Source: Sulfolobus acidocaldarius DSM 639 (GTDB lineage Archaea > Thermoproteota > Thermoprotei_A > Sulfolobales > Sulfolobaceae). Taken from it: a stretch of 32,000 nt of DNA. The stretch is from contig NC_007181.1 in assembly GCF_000012285.1 (NCBI RefSeq), positions 1,890,001 through 1,922,000 of the forward strand, read 5' to 3'. Positions 26,060 through 32,000 of the stretch are shown here, piece after piece (within the stretch, counting starts at the first letter, position 1; every line of letters starts with the position of its first letter). The position numbers and the translations under genes are program-made. Below the pieces are notes generated by a model. It did not search any database and was not told the DNA's origin. It saw nothing but the letters and a program-made list of their open reading frames with translations.

Positions 26060-26239
26060 AGTTTCTCTACGTGGAGTAGTAAAATAAGACGGTTCAACCT
26101 CTTCACGACATGAACTCTGTGACAACAGATAGAGTCTAACTTCATTAACTCTATTTAGAGCACAGCTAAATAGGTGTGGCACTCTTACGTTAAACGTGGA
26201 CAACCATTATTCCAATAACTTGAGAGTTCTCCTTGAAAA

Positions 26240-27712
26240 TTACTTACTTTGTTTTTGTAACAGCTTAACTGAAAATCTCTTCAAGTAACTTCTGACATCA
26301 TGGAAGACTATATTGTCGTGTGGACAAGCCTCTACGCAATCGCCTACACCTATACACTTAAACGACTTAAATTCTCCTTTTTTGATGAAATTTGCCCTCA
26401 TGTCCGTCAGTCCAACAGGACATGCTAACGCACAGTCTACAGTTTTACAGTTCAGACACTGTTGAGGATCCTTTACCTTCAGCTTAAAGAGACCTAAATA
26501 CCCGAAGAACTGGTTAAATGTCCCCCAAGCACATATACCCTCAGTTACACATGCGTAGTTCCCTAAAAATGGCATAAACATGAACTGGAAATACCAAATA
26601 ACATTAAAGTAAAGACTTGCATAGAATTTTGTAGCGTCATTGCCTAATACTGAAAATGAAATTACTCCCTCGTAGTTGAAATAGGACAGGACAGCAAATA
26701 CAATCAAAGACGCCCAAACTGTAATCATAACCCACTTATACCAATTAGCCATCCTAGAGGTCAGTGTCTTTCTCCCCAGCTTAGAACTCCTATTGTATTT
26801 CCTCATAGATCCTTGAAATGTGCCCTGTAACATGAATGGGGCTGTACAAGTGACAGAGCATATTTGCCTACCTCCAAATAGAAATGAGAGAACTGCTGTA
26901 ACTGCAAAGGTTCCTATTATTCCGTCAATCAAGTATGACGGTTCCACAGGACCATAAGTCCCTAAACCATTAAACCACATATATGGAATATACTGTACGC
27001 TGTTTGATATTGGGGAGAAAGTAGGTAGCCAAATGCTATAAAACGCATACGCAAACATCATTAATAGATATCTTATCTTGTTCTCCAACTTATTCAGCTC
27101 TAACACTCTGAATGAACCTAATAATCCCAACCATATGCCCATATTTATCATAAACCACGGGCTTGCTGTTATTGTAGCAAAAACAGAGAGAAAATCCATC
27201 AAGGCAAACAAGGGGTTAGTCAAAGGAAAGAAACCAAAATTACTATACAAGCCCATAGCACTACTTATCATCCCTGTTTCAAAATTCAATATTCCACTGG
27301 CAAACCAAGAAAGAGAAAACGCCTGGAAGAGAAGTAGGAAAGCCACTCTAGGGTTACTCAGGTAATTAACCTTTCTCTCGATACCGAACTTTACCCTATA
27401 CATTAAATATGTGGAGACCACTAAACCCAGAACTACAGTATAGTACATGGGTAAATTATAAGCTTGCGATAAAAATTCAAATGAATATACGACGACGAGA
27501 ACAGATAAGATGTCTATTAGCTTATATGGATAGTTTGTTAGTGACAACCTCTTATAGTATACACTCTGAAACAGAAATCCAATAAATACCATAGTTGCAA
27601 ACGTAACTGGTACAGTTAGGAAAGGAATCAGTAGTACTACCAAGATCGTAAATATATACGAATGTCTAAAAATGTAGTCAACAAAACTACTCAGGATCTT
27701 CAAATTATCCAT
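26240..27712 (-). CDS. polytopic membrane iron-sulfur protein (N-terminal multi-TM region plus NapH/polyferredoxin-like C-terminal half)
   Basis: 490-aa ORF with GGTGA 4 nt before the ATG. It has about 10 or more hydrophobic helices. Membrane-proximal Cys pairs are GRQICSVTCTAP and NYACVTEGICAWG. The C-terminal ferredoxin motifs are CLNCKTVDCALACP and CIGVGDCVEACP. Confidence 0.75.
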   Translation of the reverse strand: MDNLKILSSFVDYIFRHSYIFTILVVLLIPFLTVPVTFATMVFIGFLFQSVYYKRLSLTNYPYKLIDILSVLVVVYSFEFLSQAYNLPMYYTVVLGLVVSTYLMYRVKFGIERKVNYLSNPRVAFLLLFQAFSLSWFASGILNFETGMISSAMGLYSNFGFFPLTNPLFALMDFLSVFATITASPWFMINMGIWLGLLGSFRVLELNKLENKIRYLLMMFAYAFYSIWLPTFSPISNSVQYIPYMWFNGLGTYGPVEPSYLIDGIIGTFAVTAVLSFLFGGRQICSVTCTAPFMLQGTFQGSMRKYNRSSKLGRKTLTSRMANWYKWVMITVWASLIVFAVLSYFNYEGVISFSVLGNDATKFYASLYFNVIWYFQFMFMPFLGNYACVTEGICAWGTFNQFFGYLGLFKLKVKDPQQCLNCKTVDCALACPVGLTDMRANFIKKGEFKSFKCIGVGDCVEACPHDNIVFHDVRSYLKRFSVKLLQKQSK

Positions 27713-27746
27713 CTTATCACCAACTTGGATTAAATATCAATTATGT

Positions 27747-27759
27747 AAAAATAAAAAAA
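27747..27759 (-). terminator. oligo-T tract between the 336-aa gene and the membrane FeS gene
   Basis: The minus strand reads TTTTTTTATTTTT, about 50 nt after the stop at 27809. It may terminate or attenuate transcription before the next gene. Confidence 0.35.
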
Positions 27760-27808
27760 CAGATTATATTTACCTTTAATCACCATATTGAACGAGATGT
27801 TTGTTGTT

Positions 27809-28819
27809 TTATATTGGGTATGGGTATATTGCTGGGTCGCTAAAGTATAACACCATGTTCGAGTTCGTAGCTGACATTAATTGACTTGGTGATGTTATAC
27901 CTGGCACAACAACCTGTAAGTCAGTGTTAACAAGTGTAGTCCATATTGGGTTCTTAGCATTAGCCATTCCAACTGCACTATCATAGGTCATCATTGCGTT
28001 CTCAAGAGCCTGAATATTGTTCAAACAATTTGCTGTTGGGTTAGTTGTGTTTGATGGCACTATAGCCTGGCATTGACCTGTTATTGGGTTGGGGAATATG
28101 TTGGGATCAAATACCAACACAACAACAATATACCACGGTATACTCTGGTTTGTGGTAAATGTGACCAAGTGGTCGTGGGCTGGTGTTGGTAATACACCCT
28201 CTGGTAGGCCAAACACACCATTCTTATAACCCAAAGCCTGCTCAACAGCAGTAAAGGCTGGGGAGTAGATGTAGGTCATGTGGTCAGGACAGGCAGTCAT
28301 TGTCCCAGCAGCACCACACTGTGTAGTAATAATATAAGTCACGTTGTTATAAGTAAATGTTGGGAAGCCCTGGGAAGTTGCACCAAGTTGTGTAACACCA
28401 AATATTGAGAGACCAGCAAAGGCAGGGACTAAAACAAACACAGGGGCAGCATTCTTGGGGAATGCTGAAATATTACCAGCACCGACTTCACAACCCATTG
28501 CAACCTTGCTCTGGTTAGTCTCATTGGGGAAGAATGTTGTAGCAGGGGGAGTACACATGAACTGGGCAGTGTACTGGAATGTTATAACCTGGCCATTGTA
28601 AAAGGCACCAGAGGAGTTAACAGTAACAGGCTTAGTCAAAGTAGAAGTAACTGTAGTAGTTCCAGCTGGTACTGTTGTGGTAACAGTAGTGGCTGGACCA
28701 GTGGACTTAGTCGCATATAGTACAAAACCTACGGCAGCTATTATGATTAAGATTACAACTACTGCGGCGAATACAGTATTAGATACGGCTTTTTCTATTT
28801 TTCCCTTACCTTTTTTCAC
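27809..28819 (-). CDS. membrane-anchored extracellular Cys/His-containing protein, unknown function
   Basis: 336-aa ORF with a GTG start. It has an N-terminal TM helix (VFAAVVVILIIIAAVGFVLY), then a Thr-rich stalk, then a domain with six Cys (FMCTPP, MGCEVG, TQCGAAGTMTACPDH, GQCQAIV, ANCLNN), His motifs (ACPDHM, PAHDHL) and NxS/T sequons. Confidence 0.7.
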   Translation of the reverse strand: MKKGKGKIEKAVSNTVFAAVVVILIIIAAVGFVLYATKSTGPATTVTTTVPAGTTTVTSTLTKPVTVNSSGAFYNGQVITFQYTAQFMCTPPATTFFPNETNQSKVAMGCEVGAGNISAFPKNAAPVFVLVPAFAGLSIFGVTQLGATSQGFPTFTYNNVTYIITTQCGAAGTMTACPDHMTYIYSPAFTAVEQALGYKNGVFGLPEGVLPTPAHDHLVTFTTNQSIPWYIVVVLVFDPNIFPNPITGQCQAIVPSNTTNPTANCLNNIQALENAMMTYDSAVGMANAKNPIWTTLVNTDLQVVVPGITSPSQLMSATNSNMVLYFSDPAIYPYPI

Positions 28820-28870
28820 AATATTTCACTTCTTTCATGTATGGCTAAGGCTATTTTAAAAATATATTTA

Positions 28871-28920
28871 AAAAATTCTAACGGAAAAGGAAAAACAGGT
28901 TTGAAAAATTCTAACGGAAA
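28871..28920. repeat. two identical 17-bp direct repeats AAAAATTCTAACGGAAA, start-to-start spacing 33 bp
   Basis: The copies are at 28871-28887 and 28904-28920. Each extends to 21 nt with one mismatch (TTTR prefix). They lie in the 119-nt gap upstream of the 336-aa gene, directly next to its TATA-like element. Confidence 0.85.
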
Positions 28921-28938
28921 TATTTAAACCTGATATTA

Positions 28939-29640
28939 TCACCTTAATTCATGAGAGGATCGACCTAAGTTACTGTCCACAGTTCCGACAAATTTAGCCC
29001 TCTTTGACATTTGACTATAATCATAGTTGATCCATCTCCCTAAGTTGGCACAAACTGGTCTAAATATATCTGATCTACTGTCGCTTAATACATCATTAAT
29101 CCATTCAGGCACCCAGCTCATAATATGTGTCGTCATAAAGTTATATTCGTCCATGACTATTTTAGATATGTCCCCATTATCCTTTGATAAATTTATTTCC
29201 TCTCTGATCAAGAATGACATAAATCCTAAGATAGTAGATATATGGTCAGGCTCATGCATGAAACTTCTGCTTTTCATCACTAAACCTCTCGTAGTGTAAA
29301 ATCTAACTATATCATTGTATCTAAAGGTCGTTATTCCCTCGCCTATAAGTAAGTAATTTCTCTTACTTTCTACCGGAGTTAGAGGTTTATTTCCAAAACC
29401 GGTAAGGAATAATGTAGTGTACTCAATTAGGTAGTCCTTCTTCGATTTACTCTTGAACTTCTTCCTTATTTCGAACATATCCACGTTGGCTAACTCCTTT
29501 AATATGCCTCCTACTTTTTCAGTTACGTCATTCAACTTATCTAACATATCATTAAATTCCTTGTCCTCAATTTTATACAGAAAGATTTCAGAAAAAATAT
29601 CATATACTAAAAATCTTAGAATTCCTTGGTCACTAGACAT
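28939..29640 (-). CDS. TorD/DmsD-like redox-enzyme maturation chaperone
   Basis: 233-aa ORF with helical composition. The HEPDHISTILGFMSFL block matches the E-P-x-D-H signature of the TorD family, and YTTLFLTGFG is also present. It lies 11 nt downstream of the FeS-subunit gene. Confidence 0.7.
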   Translation of the reverse strand: MSSDQGILRFLVYDIFSEIFLYKIEDKEFNDMLDKLNDVTEKVGGILKELANVDMFEIRKKFKSKSKKDYLIEYTTLFLTGFGNKPLTPVESKRNYLLIGEGITTFRYNDIVRFYTTRGLVMKSRSFMHEPDHISTILGFMSFLIREEINLSKDNGDISKIVMDEYNFMTTHIMSWVPEWINDVLSDSRSDIFRPVCANLGRWINYDYSQMSKRAKFVGTVDSNLGRSSHELR

Positions 29641-29651
29641 AGGAGAACATC

Positions 29652-30485
29652 TTAACTACTGGAGTTATTGCTTTGAGTTGTTGTACTGTTGGTTCCCTGT
29701 GACCCTAATTGAACCACACCTGTTGCAGTCCAGACGTTGAAGTACTCTTCTTGGGATAGTAACTCTACATCCTCATTCCCTGCATAATCACTTCTCCATG
29801 GTAAGTAACCGCTGGCAGGATTTGCTCCAGTCTCAGGTCCCATCACAAATCCACCTTTATCCACAAACAGTATAGTTCCTGGATCTGTAGGATCCAATAT
29901 ATTTGCCCAGATTCTAGCCTGAACCATGCATCCGTGAATACATGCTGGAATTCTCTCCTCTGGTGGTATGGTTGTATCGTATAGTCTATCAAAACAATGG
30001 GTACACTTTTTCACAACTCCTTGAACTGGATCAAAGAACCTGTTACCATAGGGGCAGCCATAAATGCAGTATTTACAACCTATGCATTTGTTATAGTCGA
30101 CAAGGACTATACCGTCTTCAACTCTCTTGAAAGTTGCCCCCACTGGACATACTGGTACACAAGGGGCATTCATACAGTGGAAGCAGTTTATTGGTATATT
30201 ATAAACCTTAGTTTGGGGCCAATTCCCCACTTCAACGTTTAGCACTCTCAGCCAGAACATTACGTCTAGGTCTCCGTAAGGGTTAAGGTCAGGTAATGGT
30301 CCGAACATACCTGATGTGTTCCACTCTTTACATGACATCTGGCAACCTGCACAGCCAAAGCACTTATTTAAATCCGTTATTATTGCAAAGTTCTTAGATG
30401 GTTTAAACGGTAACCTATATTCAACTCCGTTTTGATACATGTCTAGGGTTATTTGTTGGGGTTGAGTACTATTTGTGGAGGACAT
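29652..30485 (-). CDS. four-cluster iron-sulfur subunit of a molybdopterin oxidoreductase (DmsB/PsrB/NrfC type)
   Basis: 277-aa ORF with four Cys groups: [37 protein letters not shown] and CTHCFDRL...ACIHGC. GGTGA lies 6 nt before the ATG, in the 11-nt gap after the catalytic-subunit stop. Confidence 0.9.
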   Translation of the reverse strand: MSSTNSTQPQQITLDMYQNGVEYRLPFKPSKNFAIITDLNKCFGCAGCQMSCKEWNTSGMFGPLPDLNPYGDLDVMFWLRVLNVEVGNWPQTKVYNIPINCFHCMNAPCVPVCPVGATFKRVEDGIVLVDYNKCIGCKYCIYGCPYGNRFFDPVQGVVKKCTHCFDRLYDTTIPPEERIPACIHGCMVQARIWANILDPTDPGTILFVDKGGFVMGPETGANPASGYLPWRSDYAGNEDVELLSQEEYFNVWTATGVVQLGSQGTNSTTTQSNNSSS

Positions 30486-30496
30486 ATTATTTCACC

Positions 30497-32000
30497 TCAT
30501 GGGGAAACTTGTTCTGATGCATAACCATACCTCAACTTATAATTACCAATTACGTAACCGTTTTGGGCTAAAGAGCCAGGGGATACAAAGCTCCATATTT
30601 CTGTGTTCTGCATTGAGTTAGCATTGAAACGTAGATAGGGTATATCAACTGCTTGTGCAAAGGCAGGTGTAACTGGGGAATTGCTTACACTTATTTGTCC
30701 ACCTATCTGAGAGACTATTGTGCTTATTATATCCTGGTTACTGAAGTCCTGTCCCATATAAATGAAAGTACTTGAGGACACACTGACCTTATTTGTGTTA
30801 GCCTTTCCGACTATCTTTATCCTTGAATCATGCCATGCTGTCTGTCCTGTTATAGGGTCTAAGTTTAATATGGGAAATGCATTGTCCACGTTAGGGTCTA
30901 ATGCTCCTCCTCTAGAGGGAGGCATATATACAATATTAGCCCAGTTATTCAACACACTGTACTTCACCTGAGGAGAGTCCTGAGTTTGGCTCCTGAAACC
31001 TGGTAATGCCTGAGAGGATACTACCACCCATGCAGAACCTGGTCTAGTCGCCTCGTCTAGGAACACTAATGCAGTGAGCTGAGTTGTTAGTCCCCCACTC
31101 TTGGGCTCGTTCATAGCCTGGAAAGTGACAAAATCTCCATTATTTATACCCATTGACTGAACATAGGGGTCTGCTGAACTCAGGACCATTGGGGTATAGG
31201 GTATAATAGCTGTTAACCACGGAGTAGTATAAGACCAGGAGTGATATGTTCTATCATGTCTCCTTACAAAGAATGTCAACGGATACTGGGAAAGGTCTAT
31301 ACCATCTTGAGTAATATCAGACTTCCATGTGGGAGGCGGGTAATACCCTCCAAAAGGTTTGAAGTAATCCAATATGTTATTCCTGAGAGCACTACCGTAA
31401 CTATCATTAGGCAGTGTGGATGGAACGAGGAACTTAGAGTTGTTTGTTAACTTGTAATAATAGTAGTACGCAGCGTTATAACCTGTCCATTTTCCAGCTG
31501 CAGCAAGTCTAAATCTCTGCAAATACTCAAGATATATTCTGTGAATATATGGTAACCCAACGTTACCATAACCTCCTGGCATGTAAGCTCCCCATCCTCT
31601 AAAGTAGAACATATTGACATTTCTCATGTATCTTATTGACGGTGGAAGTACGTATACTGCGCCTCCCTTACCTACCTTTACTACTCCTGGATTTATGTCA
31701 TTTAATGTCATTTTTCCGGCTGCGAAGTTATTTATTATACTTTGTAGCAGGTTCTGGAGTAATGGCTGGAACTGTACTGGTAATCTGAAGTAATCCTCAA
31801 TTCCGCCATTTCTGTTACTTGCACCTATGGTGTAAGTCGTTGCAGTAGAGAACGTTGAACCGCTAGGCACTTGAGAGGTAATTTGGCTTATGACTGTACT
31901 TTGGTCAGAGCCATTTGGAACAAATGAGGCATATAGCTTAAGCTGTTGGGGATTTGGAGTTTGCGCTTCAGCCTCATTTTTCAATATGTATTCAAAGTTT
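30497..32000 (-). CDS. molybdopterin oxidoreductase catalytic subunit, C-terminal about 500 residues (N-terminus outside window)
   Basis: The reading frame stays open through the window edge. The M at 31984 in the track is a TTG codon, and the codons upstream of it are sense. The block [23 protein letters not shown]...[26 protein letters not shown]...[18 protein letters not shown]...[18 protein letters not shown] resembles the C-terminal molybdopterin-dinucleotide-binding barrel of DMSO-reductase-family enzymes. The FeS subunit and TorD-like chaperone follow directly. Confidence 0.7.
   Translation of the reverse strand, partial: NFEYILKNEAEAQTPNPQQLKLYASFVPNGSDQSTVISQITSQVPSGSTFSTATTYTIGASNRNGGIEDYFRLPVQFQPLLQNLLQSIINNFAAGKMTLNDINPGVVKVGKGGAVYVLPPSIRYMRNVNMFYFRGWGAYMPGGYGNVGLPYIHRIYLEYLQRFRLAAAGKWTGYNAAYYYYYKLTNNSKFLVPSTLPNDSYGSALRNNILDYFKPFGGYYPPPTWKSDITQDGIDLSQYPLTFFVRRHDRTYHSWSYTTPWLTAIIPYTPMVLSSADPYVQSMGINNGDFVTFQAMNEPKSGGLTTQLTALVFLDEATRPGSAWVVVSSQALPGFRSQTQDSPQVKYSVLNNWANIVYMPPSRGGALDPNVDNAFPILNLDPITGQTAWHDSRIKIVGKANTNKVSVSSSTFIYMGQDFSNQDIISTIVSQIGGQISVSNSPVTPAFAQAVDIPYLRFNANSMQNTEIWSFVSPGSLAQNGYVIGNYKLRYGYASEQVSP

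Noticed and set aside
1-32000. Search by eye for CRISPR arrays, tRNA/rRNA genes, integrase or transposase genes and IS terminal repeats
   Set aside because: I found no regularly spaced 24-37-bp repeats, no tRNA-like cloverleaf or GC-rich structured segments, and no transposase- or integrase-like ORFs. The only notable repeats are those reported above.

Overview
This is an AT-rich, gene-dense archaeal chromosome segment in Sulfolobales style. Many start codons have a TATA-like box about 25-30 nt upstream (leaderless geometry), internal operon genes are preceded by GGTGA Shine-Dalgarno motifs, and genes end at oligo-T terminators. It is almost certainly Sulfolobus acidocaldarius. It carries the cytochrome P450 CYP119 gene, whose sequence I recognise from memory but did not search. 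It also carries the soxABCD terminal quinol-oxidase operon, with the Rieske gene soxL transcribed divergently.

Other content: five MFS-type transporters (one runs off the left edge and is missing from the ORF track), a SAMHD1-like HD phosphohydrolase coupled to a small unknown ORF, a vapBC toxin-antitoxin pair, an isochorismatase-family protein, a divergent NRAMP transporter, and a membrane-anchored sulfocyanin-like cupredoxin. There are also several extracellular proteins built as TM anchor plus Ser/Thr-rich stalk. At the right edge is a molybdopterin-oxidoreductase-type cluster: catalytic subunit (partial), four-cluster FeS subunit, TorD-like chaperone, an extracellular Cys/His protein and a polytopic membrane FeS protein.

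I hand-translated two short genes that fall below the ORF-track cutoff: soxD (40 aa) and a 55-aa Lys-rich protein at 4627-4794.

The candidates most worth follow-up are:
- the unusual composition of the Mo-enzyme cluster;
- a soxL operon containing two paralogous 4-TM proteins with a conserved His;
- an extra small membrane cistron at the 3' end of soxABCD;
- the HD-dNTPase / small-ORF pair.

I saw no rRNA, tRNA, CRISPR array or transposase/IS element. All calls come from reading the sequence. No database search was possible.
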